64,000 nt of DNA. Origin: Alphaproteobacteria bacterium (GTDB lineage: Bacteria > Pseudomonadota > Alphaproteobacteria > Rs-D84). Positions 9,862 through 19,604 of the stretch are shown here, piece by piece. Positions within the stretch are counted from its first letter, which is position 1. Every line of letters starts with the position of its first letter. The position numbers were made by a program, and so were the translations under genes. The notes under the pieces were generated by a model, which was not told where the DNA came from, did not search any database, and saw only the letters and a program-made list of their open reading frames with translations. The DNA lies in NCBI GenBank assembly GCA_031549365.1, contig JAVBPX010000004.1:32001-96000 (forward strand), in the 5' to 3' direction.

Positions 9862-11163
9862 ATGCGCATAATTCCTCGCAGTTTTTTATGGAGAACTATT
9901 TTATTAATCATGATCCCATTGGTTTTGTGCCAAGTTATAATGGCAAACGTATTTTTTGGCAATCATTGGGACACTGTCCACACATGGATGTCGCGTTCAT
10001 TGTCTGGTGAAATTTCAACAATCGTAACAATCATGGACGATCACCCAGAATCATTCGAAAAGATTCAGGCGATTGTATCCAAAGACATGGGATTAAATGT
10101 AACGCGCAGCGAAAAACTGTATCGCCCAAAACATGATGACAGCAATTCTGTCGAAATCGCAAAATTGGCCACAGATTTAAAGAAAAACGTTAAATATCCA
10201 ACAAAATTATACATCGATCAAAAACAAAAATTGTTATATATTGATATTAAACATGGACAAAATGATTATATAACTGTTGCAACATCTTTGAAGCGCGTTT
10301 ATTCAACATCCACTGAAATTTTTGCTTTATGGCTATTCCTGTCATTGGTAATTGTTGCAGCAATAATAACACCTTTTGTTTGGAATCATAATCGTTCAAT
10401 CCGTAAAATTGCACGAGCAGCAAACTATTTCGGACGCGGTTTGGATATGCCAAACTTTAAACCATCTGGATCAACCGAAATCCGCGAAGCTGCAAACGCA
10501 TTAATCGTTATGAAATCACGTATGAATCGCTATACAAAAACACGTACAGATATGTTGAATGCTGTCAGTCATGATTTAAAAACTCCTCTAACGCGAGTTC
10601 GCCTGGCTGTTGAAACGAATAAAAAATTGGATGAAAAGTCCCGCGAAACAATGCTGTCCGATCTGGATCGCATGAATGATATGATTGGCGGATATTTATC
10701 ATTTGCGCGCGGCGACATTCCCGAATTGGAACAGGAAATAACCCTGCCCCCAATGGTAACTCGTTTAATTCGTGATTACACGGGCCGCGTTAAATTCAAA
10801 ACAAATTTCCCAGATAAACCAATATCATTTTATTCCCGCCCAATGTCATTATCGCGCGCAATTGATAATATCATTCAAAACGCAGAACGTTTCGCGATTA
10901 AAAAAATCGAAATCACCGAAACAGATGATCTTGAATACACAACATTAACTATTGATGACGATGGCATTGGAATCCCATTGGATAAACGCAATGACGCATT
11001 GCAACCATTTGTGCGCCTGGATCCATCGCGCAATGAAAAAACCGGTGGCACAGGATTGGGATTATGTATCGCGCAACAGGCAATCGAAAACCACGGAGGC
11101 CAAATGTTTTTAGAAGATTCCCCATTAGGCGGCCTACGCGTTCGAATTGTGCTGCCAATATAA
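9862..11163 (+). CDS. EnvZ-like sensor histidine kinase
   Basis: Two TMs, HAMP domain, H-box VSHDLKTPLTR, N-box NIIQNA, DDDGIGI, GGTGLGL. Confidence 0.93.
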   Translation: MRIIPRSFLWRTILLIMIPLVLCQVIMANVFFGNHWDTVHTWMSRSLSGEISTIVTIMDDHPESFEKIQAIVSKDMGLNVTRSEKLYRPKHDDSNSVEIAKLATDLKKNVKYPTKLYIDQKQKLLYIDIKHGQNDYITVATSLKRVYSTSTEIFALWLFLSLVIVAAIITPFVWNHNRSIRKIARAANYFGRGLDMPNFKPSGSTEIREAANALIVMKSRMNRYTKTRTDMLNAVSHDLKTPLTRVRLAVETNKKLDEKSRETMLSDLDRMNDMIGGYLSFARGDIPELEQEITLPPMVTRLIRDYTGRVKFKTNFPDKPISFYSRPMSLSRAIDNIIQNAERFAIKKIEITETDDLEYTTLTIDDDGIGIPLDKRNDALQPFVRLDPSRNEKTGGTGLGLCIAQQAIENHGGQMFLEDSPLGGLRVRIVLPI

Positions 11164-11165
11164 TC

Positions 11166-11195
11166 AAAAAAAACCGCCATCCCGGCGGTTTTTTT
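11166..11195. terminator. Bidirectional rho-independent terminator
   Basis: AAAAAAACCGCC-atccc-GGCGGTTTTTTT between the convergent kinase and pth genes. Confidence 0.85.
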
Positions 11196-11742
11196 ATTTC
11201 AAATATATTAACGGATCATCCACTACTTTTTTCACAACTGGCAATAACGATTGAATATCGGTTTCGTTAAATTTACCCAACACCCAATCGGCTGGATCCG
11301 TATTTTTAAATTCAGAATCACGCGGATGCCCAACGCCAATTCGAACACGAGCATATTCTTTGCCCAATTTGGCATCAATATCACGCAAACCATTGTGCCC
11401 GCCGTGCCCACCACCCCGCTTGGTGCGCATATCACCAATTTTTAAATCCAAATCATCATGTATTACCAAAATATTGGATACAGGTATTTTATAAAAAGTT
11501 GATAACGCCAATACAGCTGTTCCCGACAAATTCATAAACGTTGTTGGTTTCGCCAATATAACATCATTTCCATCAATCTTTCCACGCGAAAAATACGCAT
11601 GGTGCTGTTCGCGCCAATCTGGAAATTCGTATTTGTTTTGTATTAAATCCAAAACTTCGAAACCTACATTATGTCGTGTTCCATTATATTTGGATCCAAT
11701 GTTTCCCAATCCAATAATTAAATATGTATGCTTTTCTTTCAT
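11194..11742 (-). CDS. pth: Peptidyl-tRNA hydrolase
   Basis: GLGNIG..Y..TRHNVGF, KPTTFMNLSG, HDDLD, GGHNGLR; probably leaderless. Confidence 0.97.
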   Translation of the reverse strand: MKEKHTYLIIGLGNIGSKYNGTRHNVGFEVLDLIQNKYEFPDWREQHHAYFSRGKIDGNDVILAKPTTFMNLSGTAVLALSTFYKIPVSNILVIHDDLDLKIGDMRTKRGGGHGGHNGLRDIDAKLGKEYARVRIGVGHPRDSEFKNTDPADWVLGKFNETDIQSLLPVVKKVVDDPLIYLK

Positions 11743-11837
11743 AACAGACATTATATCAAAAAAACATCCCATTGACATTAAAATAATAAAACGGCACAAT
11801 AATATGGACTGACAACAAAACCAACAGAGGAGTTATC

Positions 11838-12392
11838 ATGAAAAATTCAATAAAAATCTTGGCTGCATTGGGCATGCTGGCCATTACATCACCCGCATCT
11901 GCTGGCGCAATGGATTTGTATATTGGCGGCGCCGTTGGCATGGGGGCAATGCAAGTAAACGGCAGTGATGATACAACCTTTTCAGGCACGGGATCATTTG
12001 CCGGGGCATTTGGTATTAATTTGCCACTGTTCCGCGTTGAAGCCGAGTACAATTATTTCACAGCATCAAAATCCGGCGCAGATTTGGCGTTACAAATGGC
12101 CATGGTTAACGCATACATCAAACCATTCGCAATTCCTGTTATAAAGCCATATTTTGGCGCAGGTGCCGGCGCAATTATTGCCGGAGATATCGGCCACGAT
12201 GTTGACGCAAACAACACCCCTGCATTCCAAGGTATGCTGGGCGTATCAATTGACATCCCTGCAATGCCAATTGGTTTTGATGTCGAAGGGCGTGTCGTAT
12301 ATTCTCCAAACGCATTCGAATTTAAAACAATGAGTACCGAATACGATATTTTGGGATACGAAGCCCGCGTAAAAATGCGTTATGAATTTTAA
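11838..12392 (+). CDS. Small outer-membrane beta-barrel protein (OmpA/PagL/Omp25-like)
   Basis: Signal peptide, RVEAEYNY, KPYFGAGAG, C-terminal Phe. Confidence 0.8.
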   Translation: MKNSIKILAALGMLAITSPASAGAMDLYIGGAVGMGAMQVNGSDDTTFSGTGSFAGAFGINLPLFRVEAEYNYFTASKSGADLALQMAMVNAYIKPFAIPVIKPYFGAGAGAIIAGDIGHDVDANNTPAFQGMLGVSIDIPAMPIGFDVEGRVVYSPNAFEFKTMSTEYDILGYEARVKMRYEF

Positions 12393-12405
12393 TTAATTTT
12401 ACCAC

Positions 12406-12434
12406 AAAAAACACCCCGACAACGGGGTGTTTTT
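12406..12434 (+). terminator. Rho-independent terminator
   Basis: AAAAACACCCCG-acaa-CGGGGTGTTTTT. Confidence 0.85.
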
Positions 12435-12472
12435 ACTTGCCTGACATACTATATATTTGCTATGATTCAATT

Positions 12473-15223
12473 ATGAAAACACGAATTAATCTTATCGATG
12501 GAAACAGCTTTTTATTCCGCGCATTCTATGGGATCAAGGGCAAATTAACACGATCCGACGGCACCCCAGTAAACGCCGTATATGGATTATGTACAATGTT
12601 GTTAAATTTGTTATCGTCCGCAAATCCGGATGAACAATTTTATATGGTATTCGATGCTGCTCGCAAAAATTTTCGAAACGACATTTACCCAGAGTACAAG
12701 GCCAACCGCACAGAATTACCCGATGATTTAATCCCACAAATCGCATTATCACGATTGGCCGTTACCGCATTCGACATTCCAATTTTGGAAATAAACGGGT
12801 TCGAGGCCGACGACATAATCGCAACAATGGTTAAACACGAATGCTTTATTGATCGTACCGTTCGCGTTGTTACATCGGACAAGGATTTAATGCAATTGGT
12901 TGACCCCTGTTGTTATTTGTATGACAGCATGAAGGAATTGGACATTCACGAAGCCCAAGTTTTGGAAAAATTTGGCGTCCGTCCGGACCAAGTTATTGAT
13001 ATCCAAAGCTTGATTGGCGATTCATCCGACAACGTTCCTGGTGTCCCAGGCATCGGCCCAAAAACAGCAGCCGAATTAATCAATGAATTTGAAACCTTGG
13101 ATAATTTATACAATCATTTGGACGATATTAAAAACGAACGGCGTCGCGAATTGTTGCGCAACAATCATGAAATGGCATTAATGTCGCGACAATTGGTAAC
13201 ATTACGTAATGATGTCCCATTGCCTGAATTTCCAAACAAACCATATATTCCAAACGCCAATAAAATCGCAACTTTTTTCAAAAATGAAATGGAATCGCCC
13301 GCATTAATTTCAAAGCTTGAAAAATGGTTGGGAAAAACAGAATTTGTTGAAACAAACGAAATTAAATTTGAACCAAAATCCGAACCAAAAAAACACAACA
13401 ATTACAAATTAATAACAACAGAAAAACAATTAAACGAATTTATTTCCGAAATTGAAAAACATCCTATAATTGCAATCGACACAGAAACCACAGGATTAAA
13501 TTCAATGGATGATCGTTTGGTTGGGATTTCAATTTCTTGTGCTCCTCATTCTGGTTGCTATATTCCAATCCGACATGGCGGGCAACGTGATTTATTATCA
13601 AACGAAATACATGAACAATTGGATATTGACACAGTTTATAAAAAACTATGGCCCATATTAACCAATCAAAAGATTATCAAGGTCGGCCAAAACATAAAGT
13701 ATGATTTTCACATGTTCGAAAACGAAGGATGGGATACCGACCAAATAACTCCCATTGACGACACTATGTTGTTATCATACGCATTATTCGGCAGCGAACA
13801 TTTGCATAACATGGACACACTTGCCCAGATTTATTTAAAACACCAAAATATTAAATTTTCTGATTTATTTGATGAAAAAACAAAAAATCCACAATTTGGA
13901 CATTTACATCCAGAACGCGCATTACATTACGCGGCCGAAGATGCAGACATAACATTGCGCTTATACCAATTATTCCGTCCAAAATTGGATACGGAAATTC
14001 GATTAAAAAAATTGTATGAAAATTGCGATTTACCGTTGATTCGTGTATTGTTGCACATGGAGAGAAATGGCGTCCATATTGATACAAATAGATTGGCAAT
14101 TTTATCCGAAAAATTACATAAAAAGATGAACGAATTGGAATCTGAAATTTACCAATTGGCTGGATCTGAATTTAATATTGCATCTCCTTCACAAATTGGA
14201 TTTGTTTTGTTTGAAAAATTGGGCATCCCATATGACGGCAAAAAAACCAAAACTGGATCATATTCCACAGACGCCGCCATGCTGGAAGAAATCGCAACAT
14301 TACACCCAATCATCCCATTAATTTTGGAATGGCGCACATTATCAAAATTAACTGGCACATACACCGACGCATTGCCAAACGCGATTAATAAAAAAACAGG
14401 ACGCATCCACACATCATATTTGCAAACATCAACCAATACTGGGCGATTATCTTCACGCGATCCAAATTTACAAAACATTCCAATCCGCGGTGAATTGGGA
14501 CCCGAAATTCGTGCTTGTTTTACAGCAACAGATGGTAACGTTTTAATTGCTGCCGATTATTCGCAAATACAATTGCGATTATTGGCCCAAGTCGCCGACA
14601 TTCCATCATTAAAACAAATTTTCCGCAACGGCAAAGACATTCATACCATGACCGCACATCAAATTTTTAATGTCCCAGAATCCGATGTAACATCCGATCA
14701 ACGACGCGTTGCAAAAACAGTTAATTTTTCAATTGTATATGGTATATCTGCGTTTGGATTGGCTTCGCAATTAAAAATCGAACGCCATGCCGCACAACAG
14801 TTAATAGATTCGTATTTTACCGCATTTCCTGAAATAAAAATATACATGGATAAAATAAAGGATTTCGCACGTGAACACGCATACGTAATGACACCATGGG
14901 GACGAAAAATTGTTTTGAATGACATGAAAAACTCGCGCACACGCGCGTATGGATTACGCGCTGCGATTAACGCCCCGATTCAGGGGTTCGAGGCTGATTT
15001 AATGCGCCTAGCATTATGCAAAACAGAATCTGAATTAAAAAAATCATATCCAAACGCAAAACTTTTAATGCAAGTCCACGACGAAATGGTTTTCGAAGCA
15101 CCGAACCAAGACGCTGAATCTGTTGCAAAAATCATTCGCGACACAATGGAACACATCGCGGAATTATCGATTCCATTGGTTGCCGAAACCGGCATCGGGC
15201 CCGACTGGAATTCAATTAAATAA
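12473..15223 (+). CDS. polA: DNA polymerase I
   Basis: 5'-3' exonuclease (LIDGNSFLFRAFY, GDSSDNVPGV), 3'-5' exonuclease (IDTETTG), polymerase motifs ADYSQIQLR, KTVNFSIVYG, QVHDE. Confidence 0.98.
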   Translation: MKTRINLIDGNSFLFRAFYGIKGKLTRSDGTPVNAVYGLCTMLLNLLSSANPDEQFYMVFDAARKNFRNDIYPEYKANRTELPDDLIPQIALSRLAVTAFDIPILEINGFEADDIIATMVKHECFIDRTVRVVTSDKDLMQLVDPCCYLYDSMKELDIHEAQVLEKFGVRPDQVIDIQSLIGDSSDNVPGVPGIGPKTAAELINEFETLDNLYNHLDDIKNERRRELLRNNHEMALMSRQLVTLRNDVPLPEFPNKPYIPNANKIATFFKNEMESPALISKLEKWLGKTEFVETNEIKFEPKSEPKKHNNYKLITTEKQLNEFISEIEKHPIIAIDTETTGLNSMDDRLVGISISCAPHSGCYIPIRHGGQRDLLSNEIHEQLDIDTVYKKLWPILTNQKIIKVGQNIKYDFHMFENEGWDTDQITPIDDTMLLSYALFGSEHLHNMDTLAQIYLKHQNIKFSDLFDEKTKNPQFGHLHPERALHYAAEDADITLRLYQLFRPKLDTEIRLKKLYENCDLPLIRVLLHMERNGVHIDTNRLAILSEKLHKKMNELESEIYQLAGSEFNIASPSQIGFVLFEKLGIPYDGKKTKTGSYSTDAAMLEEIATLHPIIPLILEWRTLSKLTGTYTDALPNAINKKTGRIHTSYLQTSTNTGRLSSRDPNLQNIPIRGELGPEIRACFTATDGNVLIAADYSQIQLRLLAQVADIPSLKQIFRNGKDIHTMTAHQIFNVPESDVTSDQRRVAKTVNFSIVYGISAFGLASQLKIERHAAQQLIDSYFTAFPEIKIYMDKIKDFAREHAYVMTPWGRKIVLNDMKNSRTRAYGLRAAINAPIQGFEADLMRLALCKTESELKKSYPNAKLLMQVHDEMVFEAPNQDAESVAKIIRDTMEHIAELSIPLVAETGIGPDWNSIK

Positions 15224-15234
15224 AGGAGACAAAA

Positions 15235-15810
15235 ATGGTAAAACCAATTGAACCAAAAAAAATTCCAAATCCTGTAACACACCAGTTTAAACTGGAATAC
15301 GCACGCCAGGCCCCAGGATTATTATTCGAATCTCTGTTATGTATTGTGGCTGCCCTATTCCTATTCTTTTACCCTATGGAAACATTGCAAACCCTGACAT
15401 TAATTTTTGGCATTGGAATTGGATTAATCGGAATTTATACGGCATTGACTGGATTAACCCGCAAATCCATGTGGGGCGTTTTAATGGGCGCAATATATGC
15501 GGCCATCGGATTTATGTTCGTATCAAACCCTGCGACATCATTTATAACGTTAGTATACATTTTCGCAGCATTATTTTTCATACGATCGTTTTTTTCGATT
15601 ATGCTTGCAATTCAAATGATACAAATGCGCGTTGGTCATTATATAATCAGCTTTGTTATGTCGTTAATTTCAATGGCCTTGGCAATATTTTTATTGTTTC
15701 ACCCATCATACGGCGCAATAACATTGGTTTATTATATCGGCATCACATTGCTGTTTAACGCATTTAATAATCTGTATGTATTTTTTCAATTACGAAAGCT
15801 ATCAAAATAA
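15235..15810 (+). CDS. HdeD/DUF308-family membrane protein
   Basis: About six hydrophobic helices in two repeats (FFYP.ETL..L...FG; LFHP.YGA..L..YIG). Confidence 0.7.
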   Translation: MVKPIEPKKIPNPVTHQFKLEYARQAPGLLFESLLCIVAALFLFFYPMETLQTLTLIFGIGIGLIGIYTALTGLTRKSMWGVLMGAIYAAIGFMFVSNPATSFITLVYIFAALFFIRSFFSIMLAIQMIQMRVGHYIISFVMSLISMALAIFLLFHPSYGAITLVYYIGITLLFNAFNNLYVFFQLRKLSK

Positions 15811-15862
15811 AAAATGCCCATTTGGGCATTTTTTAATATTAATTATTATGGTGGGTCGGCAG
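15809..15862 (-). repeat. Duplicated tRNA 3' end plus terminator (att-like scar)
   Basis: ATTATTATGGTGGGTCGGCAG at 15842-15862 is identical to 16025-16045; both copies adjoin related hairpins (ATGCCC-attt-GGGCAT and ATACCCC-aaa-GGGGCAT). Confidence 0.8.
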
Positions 15863-16031
15863 ACGGGGGAATGGGGGCGTCCCCCATTAGTGTTTTGGAA
15901 TAATTTATTGTTTCAAAACATGTACAAACAATTAATAATTGTTTGCCGTAATAATGCACTACGCATTATTACAGTTCATGCCAAGGCCTACCTGATAATA
16001 AAAATACCCCAAAGGGGCATTTTTATTATTA

Positions 16032-16108
16032 TGGTGGGTCGGCAGGGACTCGAACCCCGGACCAAAGCGTTATGAGCGCTCCGCTCTAACCAACTGAGCT
16101 ACCGACCC
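16032..16108 (-). tRNA. tRNA with CAT anticodon, probably tRNA-Ile2 (lysidine-modified)
   Basis: Reverse complement GGGTCGGTAGCTCAGTTGGTTAGAGCGGAGCGCTCATAACGCTTTGGTCCGGGGTTCGAGTCCCTGCCGACCCACCA: full cloverleaf, encoded CCA; GCTCATAAC loop context resembles Ile2. Confidence 0.92.
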
Positions 16109-16188
16109 CGTGGGCAGTATTCTACACATATTTGCCAATATTTCAAGTATAAAATATTGCACCATGCAGAAAACCGCTGGTCTTAGAA

Positions 16189-16228
16189 TTATGAGCGCTC
16201 CGCGACTGACCAACCGAGCCACCAACCC
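16189..16228 (-). pseudogene. Degenerate 5' half of the adjacent tRNA
   Basis: Reverse complement GGGTTGGTGGCTCGGTTGGTCAGTCGCGGAGCGCTCATAA aligns to tRNA positions 1-38, then diverges. Confidence 0.75.
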
Positions 16229-16316
16229 GGATATAAACAACAACGGTGTTATACGGATTAATTATTAAAATTCAATAAAAATATGATATAATGATCATCA
16301 ATCATAGGTCGAGAAA

Positions 16317-16892
16317 ATGAAAAACATTGTAATCATAAATGGACATCCAGATATCATGTCATTTTGCCATGCATTAACTGAATCATATGCAAACGGCGCG
16401 CATCAGGCAAAAAATAACGTTATAACATTTCATTTGCACCAATTAAAATTTGATCCAATATTACACAACGGATATCGAACAATTCAAGAATTGGAACCAG
16501 ATTTGATTTTGGTTCAAAACGCAATCAAATCCGCGGATCATGTTGTATTTGTTTATCCAAATTGGTGGGGAACATACCCTGCTTTGTTAAAGGGATTTTT
16601 TGATCGCGCTTGGTTGTCCGGATTCGGATTTAAATACGTTCCCGGGAAAATGTTACCAAATAAATTATTAACTGGAAAAACAGCCCGTATAATCATGACC
16701 ATGAATACACCAAAGTGGTATTACCGTTGGTTTTATGGCCGACCCGGGATAAAATCGGTTCGTGATACCATATTGGCTTTTTCCGGCATTGGCCCAACCA
16801 AAATAACGCAAATCGGCATGATCAAAGGTTCGGATGACAAAACGCGCGCCGAATGGTTGAAAATGGTTGAAAAATTGGGCTATACGGATTGA
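16317..16892 (+). CDS. NAD(P)H-dependent oxidoreductase, flavodoxin-like fold (Flavodoxin_2)
   Basis: INGHPD..SF, ADHVVFVYPNWWGTYPALLKGFFDR. Confidence 0.9.
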   Translation: MKNIVIINGHPDIMSFCHALTESYANGAHQAKNNVITFHLHQLKFDPILHNGYRTIQELEPDLILVQNAIKSADHVVFVYPNWWGTYPALLKGFFDRAWLSGFGFKYVPGKMLPNKLLTGKTARIIMTMNTPKWYYRWFYGRPGIKSVRDTILAFSGIGPTKITQIGMIKGSDDKTRAEWLKMVEKLGYTD

Positions 16893-17332
16893 CCTTCGAT
16901 TTTTAATAATTTTTTCTTCATGTTTAAACCATATGCGTATCCACCCATATCACCGCCAATTCGAACAACACGATGACATGGAATAAATATAGCAATTGGA
17001 TTTGCACCAATGGCGGAACCCGTTGCACGCACTGCATTTGGACGGCCAACCGCCCGCGCAATGTCTGAATATGTTCGCAATTCTCCGTATGGAATTTCAC
17101 AGAGCGCTTTCCAAACGTCCATTTGAAATTCTGTGCCGTGCGGTTCCAAATTCAAAGTTGAAAAATCAACAACACGCCCTGCAAAATAATTGTTCAATAA
17201 ATCAACGAACGATCCGTGGTCCAAGCAAATTGAATGTTCGATCGAATTTACCATCTTTAACGATCGTATCGCCCCGTTTTCGGTTTGTATCCGACAAATC
17301 CCCACTGGTAATACCACATCTGAAATTTTCAT
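16880..17332 (-). CDS. ogt: Methylated-DNA-protein-cysteine methyltransferase
   Basis: GTEFQMDVW, IPYGELRTY, IPCHRV active site. Confidence 0.95.
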   Translation of the reverse strand: MKISDVVLPVGICRIQTENGAIRSLKMVNSIEHSICLDHGSFVDLLNNYFAGRVVDFSTLNLEPHGTEFQMDVWKALCEIPYGELRTYSDIARAVGRPNAVRATGSAIGANPIAIFIPCHRVVRIGGDMGGYAYGLNMKKKLLKIEGQSV

Positions 17333-17895
17333 TTTTGAACCTCCGCCAATTTATCACGAATTTGTTTTAAATCTTGCCATGCATAACGCTTCATCGAAAC
17401 ATCCCGCAACAAAAAGGATGGGTGAAAAGTCGGCATTGTTGGAATCCCATTTACATCAACCCAATGCCCCCGTAAACGCATAATACCCGTATTGGTCTGT
17501 AAAATCGCCTTGGCCGATGTGCCGCCCAATAAAACCAATACATCTGGTTTAATTATTTTAATGTGTTCCATTACATACGGCAAAAATAAATTCATTTCAT
17601 CACGCGTTGGCGTTCGATTGTTTTCCGGACGCCACGGTAAAATATTTGCAATGTAACAATCGGATTTACGATCCATATTAATCGCAACCAACATTTTGTT
17701 TAACAATTGACCGGCAGGACCAACAAATGGCAATCCCATTATGTCTTCTTGTTCACCTGGTGCTTCGCCCACCAACATTAATCTGGCATCAATATTACCA
17801 TCCGAAAAAACAAAATTTTTAGCATTATATTTTAATGGCGTTTCAACATCACGCATACGTTTTGATAAATCATTTAAACGTTCTTGCTTGGTCAT
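17329..17895 (-). CDS. Uracil-DNA glycosylase, family 4
   Basis: GEAPGEQED..GLPFVGPAG, PWRPENNR, TFHPSFLLR. Confidence 0.93.
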   Translation of the reverse strand: MTKQERLNDLSKRMRDVETPLKYNAKNFVFSDGNIDARLMLVGEAPGEQEDIMGLPFVGPAGQLLNKMLVAINMDRKSDCYIANILPWRPENNRTPTRDEMNLFLPYVMEHIKIIKPDVLVLLGGTSAKAILQTNTGIMRLRGHWVDVNGIPTMPTFHPSFLLRDVSMKRYAWQDLKQIRDKLAEVQK

Positions 17896-17979
17896 ACTTT
17901 CATGCTGACATAAAAAATTTGCAAACGCAACAAAAACCATGTATACTTAAACCCACGGTTGAACCAAAGGAAAAACATC

Positions 17980-18561
17980 ATGATTGAACAATCACCATTA
18001 CCATTTGATATAACATCATTGGAACCATATATGTCCAAACGCACATTGGAATTCCATTATGGTAAACATCACGCTGCATATATTAAAAAAACAAACGAAT
18101 TAATTGCTGGAACAGATTTGGAAAACGCAACATTGGAAACAATTGTTGTATCAGCCTATAAAAATAAAAACACTGCCTTGTTTAACCAATCGGCCCAGGC
18201 TTTGAACCATGAAATTTTCTGGAAATCATTGCGCGCAAACGTAAAAATGTCGAACATAGTTAAAACAAAAATCGAATCCGATTTCGGTTCATATGATAAA
18301 TTTGTCGACGAATTTACAAAATCAGCAATGGGCCAATTTGGATCTGGCTGGACCTGGTTGATATTGGACGGAAATAAAATGAAGATCGTATCCACATCAA
18401 ACGCGGAAACCCCAATCGTAAATGGGTTTAAACCATTGTTGGCATTGGACGTATGGGAACATTCATATTATTTGGATTATCAAAATTTACGTGCGGATTA
18501 TATAAAAAACTTTCTGACCAATATTGCCAACTGGGATTATGTGGAAGAAAACATCAAATAA
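17980..18561 (+). CDS. sodB: Fe/Mn superoxide dismutase (probably Fe type)
   Basis: HYGKHHAAY, AQALNHEIFW, FGSGWTWL, DVWEHSYY. Confidence 0.95.
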   Translation: MIEQSPLPFDITSLEPYMSKRTLEFHYGKHHAAYIKKTNELIAGTDLENATLETIVVSAYKNKNTALFNQSAQALNHEIFWKSLRANVKMSNIVKTKIESDFGSYDKFVDEFTKSAMGQFGSGWTWLILDGNKMKIVSTSNAETPIVNGFKPLLALDVWEHSYYLDYQNLRADYIKNFLTNIANWDYVEENIK

Positions 18562-18582
18562 TAATATAAACCCAATCCCGAT

Positions 18583-18625
18583 CTCGGCGGAGTGTAACGC
18601 AGACAGATGACATTATGTCGCCGAA
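18583..18625 (+). repeat. Possible degenerate core of the long-hairpin element (copy 3)
   Basis: TCGGCG-GAGTGTA...ACA-gaTGAC...CGCCGA resembles the copy 1 apex; outer arms not recognisable. Confidence 0.4.
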
Positions 18626-18659
18626 AATTTGAAGTAATAAAATCAAAATTCGATAAAAC

Positions 18660-18687
18660 AAAAAACCACCCAATCGGGTGGTTTTTA
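18660..18687. terminator. Bidirectional terminator (sodB/tsf)
   Basis: AAAAACCACCC-aatc-GGGTGGTTTTT. Confidence 0.85.
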
Positions 18688-18706
18688 ATAATTAAAAAAG
18701 AATTAG

Positions 18707-19588
18707 TTATTGTGCAGCACTTGCGGAAATTTTCGCAATTTCCTCTGCAAAATCTTCTTCCTTTTTTTCAATTCCATCACCCAATACAAAATATGCAAAG
18801 CTGGACAATGTCGCACCGTTATCGGCCAACAATTGTTTTACTTTCATATCTGGGTTCATAACGAAATCCTGTTCTTCCAGAACAATTTCTTCGTAAAATT
18901 TACGAATACGTCCTTCGATCATTTTTTCAACAATCGATTCTGGTTTGCCGGATTCCAAAGCAGATTGACGAAAGAAATGTTTTTCTTTTTCAACAACTTC
19001 GGATGTAACATCGGCAATGCGTGCGAAATCTGGTTTTGATGCAGCAATGTGCATTGCAATTTTTGAACCGATTTCAGCCAATTTTGCATGATCCGCACCA
19101 TTTAATCCAACAACAACACCGATTTTACCCATACCTGGTGCTTGAACATTGTGAACATATGTGGACACAACATCACCAGACACAACGGCTGTACGACGCA
19201 AATTCATGTTTTCACCGATTGTTGCAATCAATTGAACAACATCTGCTTGCATTTCATTGGATACTTTTTCAAAATCACCCGAATGGTTCAAAGCAGATTC
19301 AGCAGACTTTTGTACCATTGCTTGGAATTTGTCATTTTTTGCAACGAAATCAGTTTCAGCATTAACCTCTACCAATACGCCCATACCTGGTTTTGATGCA
19401 ACAACAACCAACCCAGACGCAGCAACGCGGTCGGATTTTTTTGATGCTTTGACCAAACCTTTTTCACGCAACCAATCGGCTGATGCTTCCATATCTCCGC
19501 CACATGCTTCCAATGCGGCTTTGCAGTCCATCATCCCAGCGGATGTTTTTTCGCGCAAATCTTTAATTTTTGCAGGTGTAACAGTCAT
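18707..19588 (-). CDS. tsf: Translation elongation factor Ts
   Basis: IKDLREKTSAGMMDCKAAL, EVNAETDFVAKN, IAMHIAA; RBS AAGGAG. Confidence 0.98.
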   Translation of the reverse strand: MTVTPAKIKDLREKTSAGMMDCKAALEACGGDMEASADWLREKGLVKASKKSDRVAASGLVVVASKPGMGVLVEVNAETDFVAKNDKFQAMVQKSAESALNHSGDFEKVSNEMQADVVQLIATIGENMNLRRTAVVSGDVVSTYVHNVQAPGMGKIGVVVGLNGADHAKLAEIGSKIAMHIAASKPDFARIADVTSEVVEKEKHFFRQSALESGKPESIVEKMIEGRIRKFYEEIVLEEQDFVMNPDMKVKQLLADNGATLSSFAYFVLGDGIEKKEEDFAEEIAKISASAAQ

Positions 19589-19604
19589 AATACACTCCTT
19601 TGAC

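Noticed and set aside
17329-17895. Family-4 UDG lacking Fe-S cysteines
   Set aside because: The PWRP-type variant is common in alphaproteobacteria
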